DNA from: Macrostomum lignano
Lineage: Eukaryota
Reading direction: 5' to 3'
Length of the DNA: 64,000 nt
NCBI GenBank assembly: GCA_002269645.1
Contig: NIVC01003102.1
Span: forward strand, 1 to 64,000
Shown here: one piece after another, positions 41,276 to 56,200 of the stretch
Numbering within the stretch: position 1 is the stretch's first letter
Layout of the letters: each line of letters begins with the position of its first letter
Notes under the pieces: model-generated
What the model saw: only the letters and a program-made list of their open reading frames with translations
Told to the model about the DNA's origin: nothing
Databases searched by the model: none
Program-made: the position numbers and the translations under genes

Positions 41276-44200
41276 TCATTCTGCCGGTGCTGGCCCGACT
41301 TTGTTGGGTCTGGAAAAATTTTTTTAATGAGACCATGTTAAATGAATGTGGCGTCTTTTGCTGTATTGTTTCTGGGAAAAAAACCATTTTAAATGCCCCA
41401 CCCACCTTTGATGGTAAATAGGACAGTTTTAGATGGTACTTTGGGGGGGGGCTACTATACTTTTGGCTGTTATGCACTAATCTTAGAGACATTAATTATT
41501 TAAGCAACGATGCGCATTCAAACTACTGACTACCATGTTTATCTACAGAATTAGCAGTTTTATACTTATTATGTAGATTAAACATTCAATTTGGCCAATA
41601 AAGAATCACAAGACAGGTATTAGTGTGTGTGTGAATATTGTCAGTGAAAGACTTAATCGTCATCAGGTATAATCGTATAATTAATTCGTATGGTTCATCA
41701 CTGCAATACCAGAGGCCTATTATGATATGATTTTTCACACTGACATTTGAGCAATTGACTAAAACTTTTATAAATGCTTCAACTAAGCCTACAGCGCATT
41801 TTTATGTTAATATAAACAAATTAGCGCAAAATATCTATTTTTGATGATTTTCTCTTGGCAAGAGTTGGAAGGCCGGTTCGGTTTCTGAAATATTTTATTT
41901 TAAATTTCTATCTTCCTTATAGCATTTTGCGATTAAATTCTATTAAATACTACTGGCAGTATGAAAATAGGAAATTTTCTAGGAAATTTCCAAAGTTTTT
42001 GGAAATATTTCCTTAGTTCTTGTATCCGCGTGTTACTCACTTCTTGATCAGGACCAGGATGATGACCAAGATGAGCGCAGCTCCCAGTACGGCGCACACA
42101 GTGGCCACGGCGATAACCCACGGCTCTGTGCCTGTGTTAGACTGCACCACGGCCGCCTGCAGACAGAATTAAAGAGGGAACATTGAGATGCCTATTTCGC
42201 TTCGCAGGAAGCGGGGACACAAGCCTATAAATAAATCAATATTCGGCAGGAGGGCTGCGGGCCGACATCGTCCCACAACCAGCGCTGACGGCAACTCTGC
42301 CCATTCCGCTGACTCCGAGCACATGCAAGTGCTCCAGTACTGTAGGCAGCAGCCATGCACTCATTTCTCATTTCTCCAGCTGCAAAAGTATTGAAAAATG
42401 TGTAATACAATTAAATTACCGTGGTCGAGGCTGTATAAGCCTGGCTGGCTCCCCCAAAGATGACCGTGATTGGCAGGTTCAGATTGTCCAGCTCTGTCTG
42501 AATTGACTGAACCAGGCTTGCGATGCTGGAGGGACAACGGAATAGATTTTTTAGTAGAAATATTGAAAAAAACGCTATTTACACTACTGATTCAAAGCTG
42601 ACTACTAAGTAGTGTAGTAGTGCATAATTTACAGGGCCTTATTACGGTTAATGCTAGCAGAGGGGGGAGTCAGGAGGTATGGATAGTCCAATCGTCTCCA
42701 CAAAAAGTGCGCTACTCCAAAAACCTCAATTAAAGAGGATGCAGCCAAGCTCGATAAATGGCAGGAGCTCAACTTCTGCCACCCCTTGAACATGGCATTC
42801 TGGCCAAGAATTGACAGGACAGGGGTAAGGGTACCCAACGGGGCGCCCAACAAAGAGACACAGGGGCGCCCAACAAAGAGACACAGGGGCGCCCAACAAA
42901 GCAGACAGGGGCGCTCAATAAAACAGGGGCGCCCAATAAAACAGAGGCGCCTAATAAAACAGACAGGGGCGCCCAACAAAGAGACAGGGGTGCCCAACAA
43001 AGAGACACAGGGGTGCCCAACAAAGAGATACAGGGGCGCCCAACAAAGAGACACAGGGGCGCCCAACAAAGAGACACAGGGGCGCCCAACAAAGAGACAC
43101 AGGGGCGCCCAACAAAGAGACACAGGGGCGCCCAACAAAGAGACACAGGGGCGCCCAACAAAGAGACACAGGGGCGCCCAACAAAGAGACACAGGGGCGC
43201 CCAACAAAGAGACACAGGGGCGCCCAACAAAGAGACACAGGGGCGCCCAACAAAGAGACACAGGGGCGCCCAACAAAGAGACACAGGGGCGCCCAACAAA
43301 GAGACACAGGGGCGCCCAACAAAGAGACACAGGGGCGCCCAACAAAGAGACACAGGGGCGCCCAACAAAGAGACACAGGGGCGCCCAACAAAGAGACACA
43401 GGGGCGCCCAACAAAGAGACACAGGGGCGCCCAACAAAGAGACACAGGGGCGCCCAACAAAGAGACACAGGGGCGCCCAACAAAGAGACACAGGGGCGCC
43501 CAACAAAGAGACACAGGGGCGCCCAACAAAGAGACACAGGGGTGCCCAACAAAGAGATACAGGGGCGCCCAACAAAGAGACACAGGGGCGCCCAACAAAG
43601 AGACACAGGGGCGCCCAACAAAGAGACACAGGGGCGCCCAACAAAGAGACACAGGGGCGCCCAACAAAGAGACACAGGGGCGCCCAACAAAGAGACACAG
43701 GGGCGCCCAACAAAGCAGACAGGGGCGCTCAATAAAACAGGGGCGCCCAATAAAACAGAGGCGCCTAATAAAACAGACAGGGGCGCCCAACAAAGAGACA
43801 GGGGTGCCCAACAAAGAGACACAGGGGCGCCCAACAAAGAGACAGGGGTGCCCAACAAAGAGACACAGGGGCGCCCAACAAAGAGACACAGGGGCGCCCA
43901 ACAAAGAGACACAGGGGCGCCCAACAAAGAGACACAGGGGCGCCCAACAAAGAGACACAGGGGCGCCCAACAAAGAGACACAGGGGCGCCCAACAAAGAG
44001 ACACAGGGGCGCCCAACAAAGAGACACAGGAGCGCCCAACAAAGAGACACAGGGGCGCCCAACAAAGAGACACAGGGGTGCCCAACAAAGAGATACAGGG
44101 GCGCCCAACAAAGAGACACAGGGGCGCCCAACAAAGAGACACAGGGGCGCCCAACAAAGAGACACAGGGGCGCCCAACAAAGAGACACAGGGGCGCCCAA

Positions 44201-47200
44201 CAAAGAGACACAGGGGCGCCCAACAAAGAGACACAGGGGCGCCCAACAAAGAGACACAGGGGCGCCCAACAAAGAGACACAGGGGCGCCCAACAAAGAGA
44301 CACAGGGGCGCCCAACAAAGAGACACAGGGGCGCCCAACAAAGAGACACAGGGGCGCCCAACAAAGAGACACAGGGGCGCCCAACAAAGAGACACAGGGG
44401 CGCCCAACAAAGAGACACAGGGGCGCCCAACAAAGCAGACAGGGGCGCTCAATAAAACAGGGGCGCCCAATAAAACAGAGGCGCCTAATAAAACAGACAG
44501 GGGCGCCCAACAAAGAGACAGGGGTGCCCAACAAAGAGACACAGGGGCGCCCAACAAAGAGACACAGGGGCGCCCAACAAAGAGACACAGGGGCGCCCAA
44601 CAAAGAGACACAGGGGCGCCCAACAAAGAGACACAGGGGCGCCCAACAAAGAGACACAGGGGCGCCCAACAAAGAGACACAGGAGCGCCCAACAAAGAGA
44701 CACAGGGGCGCCCAACAAAGAGACACAGGGGCGCCCAACAAAGAGATACAGGGGCGCCCAACAAAGAGACACAGGGGCGCCCAACAAAGAGACACAGGGG
44801 CGCCCAACAAAGAGACACAGGGGCGCCCAACAAAGAGACACAGGGGCGCCCAACAAAGAGACACAGGGGCGCCCAACAAAGAGACACAGGGGCGCCCAAC
44901 AAAGAGACACAGGGGCGCCCAACAAAGAGACACAGGGGCGCCCAACAAAGCAGACAGGGGCGCTCAATAAAACAGGGGCGCCCAATAAAACAGAGGCGCC
45001 TAATAAAACAGACAGGGGCGCCCAACAAAGAGACAGGGGTGCCCAACAAAGAGACACAGGGGCGCCCAACAAAGAGACAGGGGTGCCCAACAAAGAGACA
45101 CAGGGGCGCCCAACAAAGAGACACAGGGGCGCCCAACAAAGAGACACAGGGGCGCCCAACAAAGAGACACAGGGGCGCCCAACAAAGAGACACAGGGGCG
45201 CCCAACAAAGAGACACAGGGGCGCCCAACAAAGAGACACAGGGGCGCCCAACAAAGAGACACAGGGGCGCCCAACAAAGAGACACAGGGGCGCCCAACAA
45301 AGAGACACAGGGGCGCCCAACAAAGAGACACAGGGGCGCCCAACAAAGAGATACAGGGGCGCCCAACAAAGAGACACAGGGGCGCCCAACAAAGAGACAC
45401 AGGGGCGCCCAACAAAGAGACACAGGGGCGCCCAACAAAGAGACACAGGGGCACCCAACGAAGAGACACAAGGGCGCCGAACAAAGAGACACAAGGGCGC
45501 CGAACAAAGAGACACAAGGGCGCCGAACAAAGAGATAGGGGCGCCTAACAATTGAAATTCCTGCGTACAGGCCACAAATGCAGTTTTTGCAATTGATATT
45601 ACTCTTAGTAGTTTTAGCCCCGGAAAATAATAGTAGTTTGCTTGATTATTTATTCATAGAATTACTCACGTGTCATTGGATCCCGTGACGGTGAGAGCAA
45701 CTGTGAGGCTTAGCGCGAACTGCGAAGACGAGGCCTCCGCTCGTTTCTTTCTGCTGAGCAAACCGCCATTATTGAAATCGTTGCACAAAGGATTGGACTG
45801 GCTTGGCGTGATCAGGTAGGACACTCGCAGCTCAGTCGGGCTGATCACAGGCGAACCTGTGGCCAGTTGCACCTCCGAGATGCTCTGCACCAGAGTCAGG
45901 TAGGCCAGCGGGTTGCTGGGAAAAGGAAGAAAAAGATTTGGTTTAAAGTTCGCCTCATTTTTCGGCTGGATTGTAGAATCTAAAATTGGTGACAAGAGTG
46001 GCGCCTTAGTGTCAGGAGTGGCGCCTTAGTGTCAAGAGTGGCGCCTTAGTTGGTGTCAAGAGTGGCGCCTTAGTTGGTGTCAAGAGTGGCGTCTTAGTTA
46101 GTGTCAAGAGTGGCGCCTTAGTTGGTTTCAGGAGTGGCGCCTTAGTTGGTGTCAAGAGTGGCGTCGTAGTCGGTGTCAGGAGTGGCGCCCTAGTTGGTGT
46201 CAGGAGTGGCGTCTTAGTTGGTGTCAGGAGTGGCGTCTTAGTTGGTGTCAGGAGTGGCGTCGTAGTTGGTGTCAAGAGTGGCGTCTTAGTTGGTGTCAGG
46301 AGTGGCGTCGTAGTTGGTGTCAAGAGTGGCGCCTTAGTTGGTGTCAGGAGTGGCGCCCTAGTTGGTGTCAGGAGTGGCGTCTTAGTTGGTGTCAGGAGTG
46401 GCGTCTTAGTTGGTGTCAGGAGTGGCGTCGTAGTTGGTGTCAAGAGTGGCGCCTTAGTTGGTGTCAGGAGTGGCGCCTAAGTTGGTGTCAAGAGTGGCGC
46501 TTTAGTTGGTGTCAAGAGTGGCGCTTTAGTTGGTGTCAGGAGTGGAAGCTTAGTTGGTGTCATGAGTGGCGCCTTAGTTGGTGCCAGGAGTGGCGCCTTA
46601 GTTGGTGTCAAGAGTGGCGCCTTAGTTGGTGCCAGGAGTGGCGTCTTAGTTGGTGTCAGGAGTGGCGCCTTATTTAATGTCAGGAGTGGCGCCTTAGTTA
46701 ATGTCAGGAGTGGCGTCTTAGTTGGTGTCAAGAGTGGCGCTTTAGTTGGTGTCAGGAGTGGCGCCTTAGTTGGTGTCATGAGTGGCGCCTTAGTTGGTGC
46801 CAGGAGTGGCGCCTTAGTTGGTGTCATGAGTGGCGCCTTAGTTGGTGCCAGGAGTGGCGTCTTAGTTGGTGTCAGGAGTGGCGCCTTATTTAATGTCAGG
46901 AGTGGCGCCTTAGTTAATGTCAGGAGTGGCGCTTTAGTTGGTGCCAGGAGTGGCGTCTTAGTTGGTGTCAGGAGTGGCGCCTTATTTAATGTCAGGAGTG
47001 GCGCCTTAGTTAATGTCAGGAGTGGCGTCTTAGTTGGTTTCAGGAGTGGCGCCTTATTTAATGTCAGGAGTGGCGCCTTAGTTAGTGTCAGGAGTGGCGT
47101 CTTAGTTGGTGTCAGGAGTGGCGCCTTAGTTAATGTCAGGAGTGGCGTCTTAGTTGGTGTCAAGAGTGGCGCTTTAGTTGGTGTCAAGAGTGGCGCCTTA

Positions 47201-50200
47201 GTTGGTGCCAGGAGTGGCGTCTTAGTTGGTGTCAGGAGTGGCGCCTTATTTAATGTCAGGAGTGGCGCCTTAGTTAATGTCAGGAGTGGCGTCTTAGTTG
47301 GTGTCAAGAGTGGCACCTTAGTTGGTGTCAAGAGTGGCGCTTTAGTTGGTGTCAAGAGTGGCGTCTTAGTTGGTGTCAGGAGTGGCGCCTAATTTAGTGT
47401 CAGGAGTGGCGCCTTAGTTAATGTCAGGAGTGGCGTCTTAGTTGGTGTCAGGAGTGGCGCCTAATTTAGTGTCAGGAGTGGCGCCTTAGTTAATGTCAGG
47501 AGTGGCGTCTTAGTTGGTGTCAAGAGTGGCGCTTTAGTTGGTGTCAAGAGTGGCGTCTTAGTTGGTGTCAGGAGTGGTGCCTTTGTTGGTGTCAAGAGTG
47601 GCGCCTTAGTTGGTGCCAGGAGTGGCGTCTTAGTTGGTGTCAGGAGTGGCGCCTTATTTAATGTCAGGAGTGGCGCCTTAGTTAATGTCAGGAGTGGCGT
47701 CTTAGTTGGTGTCAAGAGTGGCGCTTTAGTTGGTGTCAAGAGTGGCGCTTTAGTTGGTGTCAAGAGTGGCGTCTTAGTTGGTGTCAGGAGTGGCGCCTTA
47801 GTTGGTGTCAAGAGTGGCGCTTTAGTTGGTGCCAGGAGTGGCGTCTTAGTTGGTGTCAGGAGTGGCGCCTTATTTAATGTCAGGAGTGGCGCCTTAGTTA
47901 ATGTCAGGAGTGGCGTCTTAGTTGGTTTCAGGAGTGGCGCCTTATTTAATGTCAGGAGTGGCGCCTTAGTTAGTGTCAGGAGTGGCGTCTTAGTTGGTGT
48001 CAGGAGTGGCGCTTTAGTGGCGCCAAAATCGATGCAGTAAATTAAACACACATTAGATTGACATTGCACACATGAAAGCCGAGTCAACCGCAGCTGGCAC
48101 TCACTTCCTGGCGCCGGACTTGTAAGCGCAGCACAGCTGGGAGTTGCTGTCCTGACTGCAGTACTCATTGATTTTCTTCGCCAGCTCTTGTTTCAACGCG
48201 GAGTTGATTTCATTCTCGAACTGCGTTGGTTAAAGTAAAATTATCGTAATTTTATTCAACATGCAAATTTTATATAGGTTTAATCTATACGGAAGCCACA
48301 GGTTTAACAACTGACCAGTTTGTCCGTGATTCCGGAGCTGCCGCTGGCTACAGTCAGGTTGAACACCAGCTCGATTGCGTTGCTCTGCTCAATCGGGGTC
48401 ACTGAAATGATCACAGTTGATCAAAGAGGTTTGACACTTGTGTTGGAGACAGGCAGATACTGACAGATAAGTGTCTGATAGGGGTCAGGAGTATCTTACA
48501 GGAGTCAGGAGTGTCTGATAGGAGTCAGGAATGTCATATAGGAGTCAGGAGTATCTAAAGGAGTCAGGAATGTCATATAGGAGTCAGGAATGTCATATAG
48601 GAGTCAGGAGTATCTAAAGGAGTCAGGAATGTCATATAGGAGTCAGGAATGTCATATAGGAGTCAGGAATGTCATATAGGAGTCAGGAATGTCATATAGG
48701 AGTCAGGAATGTCATATAGGAGTCAGGAATGTCATATAGGAGTCAGGAATGTCTGATAGGAGTCAGGAGTGTCTGATAGGAGTCAGGAATGTCTGATAGG
48801 AGTCAGGAGTGTCTGATAGGAGTCAGGAGTGTCATACAGGAGTCAGGAGTGTCAGGAGGCATTCACGAGTTTCAGGAGGCATTCACGAGTGTCAGGAGGC
48901 ATTCACTAGTTTCAGGAGACAGTCAGGAGTGTCAGGAGGCATTCACGAGTTTCAGGAGACAGTCAGGAGTGTCAGGAAAAGCTCAGTCAGTGCACAGTTC
49001 CCGGTCTCACTGGTGCAGGCCGCAGGGTTGCAAGTCTCGTTGACCGTCTCACTGGCCAGTCGGATCTGTCCGGCCGAATCCAGGCAGAGGGCGCCGGCAC
49101 CAGCAGCCGTCGGGCTGCTGCACTGGCGCTGCCGGGATCGCTGGCCACCGCCGCAGGCGAGACTGCAGTTGCTCCATTGGCTCCACTGGCTCCAGCCTCC
49201 GTCGCGATCTGCATTTTCGAAATCGATTGGCAACCAATTGCATTCCCATAGCAACCATTTTAATCCCATAGCAACCAATTGAATTACCATAGCAACCAAC
49301 TGCATTACTATAGCAACCAATTGCATTACCATAGCAACCAATTGCATTACCATAGCAACTGAGTGCATTACTATAGCAACCAAGTTCATTAGCATAGCAA
49401 CAACTTTTAGTCCTATAGCAACTGACTTTATTACCATAGCAACCAATTGTATTTCCCTAGCAACCATTTTTTAATCCCATAGCAACCAACTGTATTCCCC
49501 TAGCAACCATTCTGTAATCCCATATCAACTAATTGTATTCCCCTAGTAACCATTTTGTAATCCTATAGCAACTAATTGTATCTGCATAAAATATTTTTGC
49601 ATTTCTATAGCAACCGATTGTATTTCCATAGCAACCATTTTGTACTCCCATAGCAACCAATATTGTTTTTCCATATCAACTGATTGTTTTTCAAATGGCT
49701 ATAGCAACTAACAGCACAGCAGCAAGCTATAGCACCAAAGCAACCATAAGTACGTAACCATGGCAACCAAGGCAGTAATGTATTCCAGCACAGCAGCCTC
49801 ACCAACACAGGACCGGCCATCCGGGCTGATCTTGTATCCGTCGGTGCAGTTGCACATGAAGCTGCCAGCCAGATTGACGCACTGCGAGTGCCCGGTGCAG
49901 CTGGTGTTGCTGACGGCGCATTCGTCGATATCCGCGCACTGCCCGGTGGTGCTGTTGAGCAGCCAGCCAGTCGGGTTGGGGCACACGCAGGTGTCCAGGC
50001 CGGTGCTGGAATTCTTAAAGCAGGCGAAGCCGCAGACTGCGCTTGACGAGCAGGCCGCAGACGGCAGGCAGGACCGGCCGTCCGCTTGCAAGTTGAAACC
50101 AGATTGACAGGTGCAACCGTAGCCTCCGGGACTGTTTGAGCACTTGTGCGAGCAGTTGACAGGTACCCGGACGCCATTTACCAGAGTTCCCACTGTGCAC

Positions 50201-53200
50201 TCGTCGATGTCCTGGCACTCCTGACCGTGGACGAGTTGATAGCCGGAGCGGCAGCTGCACAAGTGCCCACCAACTGTGTTGTTGCAGATATGAGAGCAGT
50301 TGCCGTTGTTTGCTGAGCACTCGTTGATGTCGACACAGTTTGAGCCCATGGCCTTTTTGGATGATATGGTCATAGGGGGGAATTACCAGTGTGTTGGCTT
50401 TGCTTCATAGAATAGAGGGCTGGCTGGCCATAGGTAATAGATAAGAGAGGCTGGCTGGCCACAGGTAATATATACTCGTAAGAGAGGCTGGTTCGCCACA
50501 GGTAATAGATAAGAGAGGCTGGCTGGCCACAGGTAATAGATAAGAGAGGCTGACTGGCCACAGGTAATAGATAAGAGAGGCTGACTGGCCACAGGTAATA
50601 GATAAGAGAGGCTGACTGGCCACAGGTAATAGATAAGAGAGGCTGACTGGCCACAGGTAATAGATAAGAGAGGCTGACTGGCCACAGGTAATAGATAAGA
50701 GAGGCTGACTGGCCACAGGTAATAGATAAGAGAGGCTGGCTGGCCACAGGTAATAGATAAGAGAGGCTGACTGGCCACAGGTAATAGATAAGAGAGGCTG
50801 GCCACAGGCAGAATCGGGGGAGCGGAGATGTCTGACCCAAAGAGGCGCCAATCCTGACCTGGAAACCGCTCGGGCAGTCGCAGGTATAGTCGCCAGGCAG
50901 ATTTCTGCAGGTAGCCCCGGTACTGGCATTGCAATTAGCGATACCGGTAGCGCACTCGTCAATATCAATGCAGGTATTGTTAGCAGCCGGAGTCCTCTTG
51001 AAGCCGCCAACCCGGCACTGGCACTGGTAGGCCAGTCCGGTGCTAGCAAAATCGAAATCAAAGCAGGCGGCCGTTTGGCCAGCAAAGCCAGATGGAGCGG
51101 CGCAGAGAGAGGCGGCGCCGGGCGCCGAGCATTCGTTCCGGTCGGTGCACAGAGCGGCCTGGCTCCGCTGCTGGTAGGTGGAGTTCAAGCACTCGCAGGA
51201 GAAGCCACCGGCTGTGTTGACGCAGGACACCAGAGCGGCGGCCGGACACAGACTGGCGCCGTTGGCGGTGCACTCGTTCTTGTCAACGCAGGCCCGGCTG
51301 CTGGAGCTCCAGGTGTAGCCGCTGGGACAGATGCAAGCGTAGCTACCGCCAACCATGGCACAGCTGGTGCAGTTGTCCAGCGTGCCGTCTTTCGGACAGG
51401 CGACCGGGGTGTCGCTTTCGCACGAGCGCTTGTCGGTTTTCAGTCGCATACCGCTGGGACAGTAGCACAGGTAAGAGCCTGCGGTGTTGTTGCAGTGCGA
51501 GTCGTCGTAGCAGCCGGTCCTCAGGTGACCTTCTCTGCACTCGTCGTTGTCAACGCAGGTGCGCTGATCCGTGTCCAGGTGGTAGCCGTCGGCGCAGCCG
51601 CACAGGTAGGAGCCAACGGTGTTCTTGCAGGTGCCAGCGCTGCGGTCGCACTGGTTCAGCTCAGCCGAGTCGCATTCGTTCCTGTCCACACAGGTTCGTC
51701 CGTCGCCTTCGTAGCCAGCTCTGCAGGAGCAGTTGTAGCTGGCAACCAGGTTGGTGCACACCCCCAGCAGCCTGTTGCAGGTGTGAGTGCCAAGGCTGCA
51801 CTCGTCCGAGTCGGTGCAGCTGTTGTTCTTGCCCATGGAATAGCCGGGCTTGCAGCCGCAGGTGTAACCGCCGATTGCATTCTGACAGGTGCCGTTCACT
51901 CTGTCGCAGGTGTGATTTTTGGTGCTGCACTCGTTGATGTCAACGCAATTGAGTCGACTGGAGTCCAGCTCGTAGCCGCCTGAGGAGGGGAAAATGTTAT
52001 CAATTTAGAAATGGGGATCATTTGGAATCATATCAGGATTAAACTGGGATCAAACGTTGTCAAGTGAAGTTGGGGATAATTTGGGATTAAACTGGGATTA
52101 AACGATATCAAGTGAACCTGGGGATAATTTGGGATCAAAATTGAGATCAAATTGGGATCAATTGTTATCAAATGAAGCTGGAGATAATTTGGGACCAAAA
52201 TAGGATTGAGTTGGGATCCATTTTTATCGAGTGAAGTCGGGGATCATTTAGGATCAAAATGGGATCGAATTGGGATCAAACGATATCAATTGAACCTAAT
52301 GATCATTTGGGATAAAAATTGGGATCAAACGATATCAAGTGAAGTCGGGGATAAGTTGGGATCAAAAAGGGATAAAATTGGGATCAAACGATCTCAAGTA
52401 AACCTGGAGATAATTTGGGATCAAAATTGGGATAAAATTGAGATTAATCATTATCAAGTAAAGCTGGGGATAATTTGGGATCATATTGGGATTAAATTGG
52501 GATCAAATATTATCAAGTAAAGTTAGGGATAAATTGGGATCAAAACTGGGATTAAATTAAGATTAAACGTTATCCGGGGGCGAATTGGGAGAAGTCCCAT
52601 AGGGGATAACCAACTGAGAGCCGCAGCTGCAACCCCAGCTCACTCGGACAGGTGCAGGTGTAGCCACCCTCAGTGTCCGAGCAGCCGGCCAGCCCGACCG
52701 GGCCGCACAAGTTGAGCTCGGGCGAGTTGCACTCGTTGATGTTGGCGCAGATTTTGCCGCCTCCAGTCGCGTTGACCAGCTGGTAGCCGGGGCGGCAGCG
52801 GCAGACGGCCGAGCTGGAGTTGGCCGGGTCCAGCGCGCACTGCCCGCCCTGGCAGTCGGACAGCTGGGCGGCTGAACAGTTCAACGCCGGCAAGCAGGTC
52901 TTGGCGTCGGCGGCGGACAGGTTGAAGCCGGGCGAGCAGGAGCAGGTGTACGGAGCGCCGATGTGGTTCACGCAGGTCTGGCTGCAGTTGTTGGACGGCT
53001 GGCAGTCGTTGATGTCTGAAATTTTAGTTATTACTAGCAATCTTCGCCCCCCGATGGGGGACATCTGGATAGAACTTCTGTTCTCTACAAGTAACAAAAA
53101 GACAGCCAAATAGAGTCTTCACAAAGACAACAGAAAAACTGCTCAAATGAAGCACAATGCAAAAATAAAACATCCCAAGACAGCAAGCATCCCCCTCCCC

Positions 53201-56200
53201 CCCCCCCAGATAGCAAGTACCCTCAGATAGCAAGCACCCCCAGATAGCAAGCACCCCCAGATAGCAAGCATCCCTCATATAGCAAGCACCCCAGATAGAA
53301 AGAACCCCAGATAGCAAGCATCCAATTGATAGCAAGTATCTATCCTTAAATAGCAAGCATCCACCAGACAAAAAGTATATAGTGCAACATTTCCTTAGCT
53401 TTCTAGTGGCTGCTTTATGATTGGCATGACGCTTCTTATTACGTTTGAAAATGTCTCTCCTGTGTTATGACATCGTGCCAGTTTTATGTTTGTCATGGTG
53501 GCTCAGTAATGTTAGAAGCGGTGGCTCTTTAATGTTTGACATGGAGTCACATATATGTTTCACATGGTGGCTCTTCTATGTCTAACTTGGTAGCTCATTT
53601 ATGTTTGACATCGTGGCTCGTTAATGTTCGACATGGTGGCTCTTTAACGTTCGACATGGCAGTACTTTAATGTTCGACATGGTGGCTCTTTAATGTTCGA
53701 CATGGTGGCTCTTTAATGTTCGACAGGGTGGCTCTTTAATGTTTGACATGGTGGCTCTTTAATGTTCAACATGGTGGCTCTCTAATGTTTGACATGGTGG
53801 CTTTTTAATGTTCGACATGGTGGCTCTTTAATGCTCGACATTGTGGCTGTTTAATGTTCTACATTGTGGCTCTTTAATTTTCTACATTTTTGCTCCTTAA
53901 TGTTTGACATGGTGGCTCTTTAATGTTCTACATGGTGGTTCTTTAATGTTCTACATTGTGGCTCTTTAATATTTGACATGGTGGCTCTTTAATGTTCAAC
54001 ATGGTGGCTCTTTATTGTTTGACATGATGGCTCTTTAATGTTCGACATGGTGGCTCTTTAATGTTAGACATGGTGGCTCTTTAATGTTCGACATGGTGGC
54101 TCTTTATTGTTCTAAATTGTGGCTCTTTAATGTTCGACATGGTGGCTCTTTAACGTTCGACAGGGTGGCTCTTTAATGTTTGACATGGAGTCACGTATGT
54201 GTTAGACATGGAGTCATGTATATATTTGGCATGGAGTCACATATATGCTTTACATGGTGGCTCTTTAATGTTTGACATAGTGGCTCTTTAATGTTTGACA
54301 TAGTGGCTCTTTAATGTTTGACATGATGGCTCTTTAATGTTCGACATGGTGGCTGTTTAATGTTTGTTATTGAGTCATATGTATATGTTTTACATGGTGG
54401 CTCTTTTATGTGTGACATGGAGTCACGTATATATTTGACATGGAGTCACATATATGTTTGACATGGTGGCTCTTTAATGTTTGACATGGTGGCTCTTTAA
54501 TGTTTGACATGGTGGCTCTTTAATGTTTGACATTGTGGCTCTTTAATGTTCTAAATATTGTGACTCTTTAATGTTCGACATGGTGGCTCTTTAATGTTCT
54601 ACATTGTGGCTCTTTAATGTTCGACATAGTGGCTCTTTAACGTTCGACATGGTGGCTCTTTAATGTTCTACATTGTGGCTCTTTAATGTTCTACATTGTG
54701 GCTCTTTAATGTTCGACATGGTGGCTCTTTAACGTTCGACATGGTGGCTCTTTAATGTTTGACATGGAGTCACGTATGTGTTAGACATGGAGTCATGTAT
54801 ATATTTGGCATGGAGTCACATATATGCTTTACATGGTGGCTCTTTAATGTTTGACATGTTGGCTCTTTAATGTGTGACATGGTGGCTCTTTAATGTTTGA
54901 CATGGAGTCATGTATGTGTTTGGCATGGAGTCATGTATATATTTGGCCTGGAGTCACGTAAATGCTTTACATGGTGGCTCTTTATGTTCGACAAAGAGTC
55001 ATAAGTATATGTTTTACATGGTGGCTCTTTTATGTTTGACATGGACTCACGTATATGTTTGACATGTAGTCACGTATATGTTTGACATGGTGGCTCTTTA
55101 TTGTTTGACATGGTGGCTTTTTAGTGTTTGACATGGTGGCTCTTTTATGTTTGACATGGTGGCTCTTTAATGTTTGACATGGTGGCTGTTTAATGTTTGT
55201 TATGGAGTCATATGTATATGTTTTACATGGTGGCTCTTTTATGTGTGACATGGAGTCACGTATATATTTGACATGGAGTCACTTATATGTTTGACATGGT
55301 GGCTCTTTAGTGTTCGATATGGTGGCTCTTTAATGTTTGACATGGTGGCTCTTTAATGTTTGACATAGTGGCTTTTAATTTTTTTCTTGGTGGCTCTTTA
55401 ATGTTTGACATGGAGTCACGTATGTGTTTGACATGGAGTCACGTATATGCTTTACATGGTGGCTCTTTATGTTCGACAAAGAGTCATAAGTATATGTTTT
55501 ACATCGTGGCTCTTTTTTGTTTGACATGGAGTCACGTATATGTTTGACATGGAGTCACATATATGCTTTACATGGTGGCTCTTTAATGTTTGACATGTTG
55601 GCTCTTTAATGTTCAACATGGTGGCTCTTTTATGCTTGACATGGTGGCTCTTTAATTTTCGACATGGTGGCTCTTTAATGTTCAACATGGTGGCTCTTCT
55701 ATGTTTGACATTGTGGTTCTTTTATGTTTAGCAGTTTTGTGTTTTTAATGTTTTAATAAAAAAATATTTTTGCACTACTAAGATTCGAACCCAGGTCACT
55801 ACATTAGCATCCCAGTCTGTTCGCATCTGGGCTATCTCTTTTCATTTGGAGAACATGAATTGTGGCCCTTATAATTCAATTCTTACAGCAAGTCAATTGG
55901 AGTAGAAAGTTATGACATAATCAATTTCTCAGTCAGCCAGTATCAGTCTCAATTTAAGTTAGCAATATAGTTACGCAATTTTAATCAAGTCGGGTGTGCA
56001 TTTCATCGACACTGTTTTCAAATTGTTGTGATGCAATCTTTATCACAATCGGAATTGAGCCAGTCAGTTTTTTCTCTAGCATTCTTACAATGCATTCCAG
56101 GTCGAAAGAGCTGCTTGACCTTTGCAAAAAAGCATGTTTTTCGAATATTTAATCCCTTTAAAATTGAGCAATTTCTTAGCCAGGATGCATGTACCGTCCC

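Noticed and set aside
42629-45575. ORFs of 962, 920, 665 aa and others on both strands
   Set aside because: Stop-free read-through of a 23-bp intronic minisatellite; 23-aa periodicity, no domain content.
46012-48168. Thr/Pro-rich mucin-like ORFs (TPTKAPLL) on the same strand as the EGF gene
   Set aside because: Tempting as a mucin PTS exon, but the flanking exons (48105 and 45915) already join in phase, the repeat ORFs are interrupted by stops, and I found no convincing splice sites. RNA-seq could overturn this.
51075-51983. 302-aa plus-strand ORF
   Set aside because: Antisense shadow of the GC-rich cbEGF exon.
55775-55836. Functional tRNA gene
   Set aside because: B-box present, but acceptor and anticodon stems do not pair; kept only as a possible SINE remnant.
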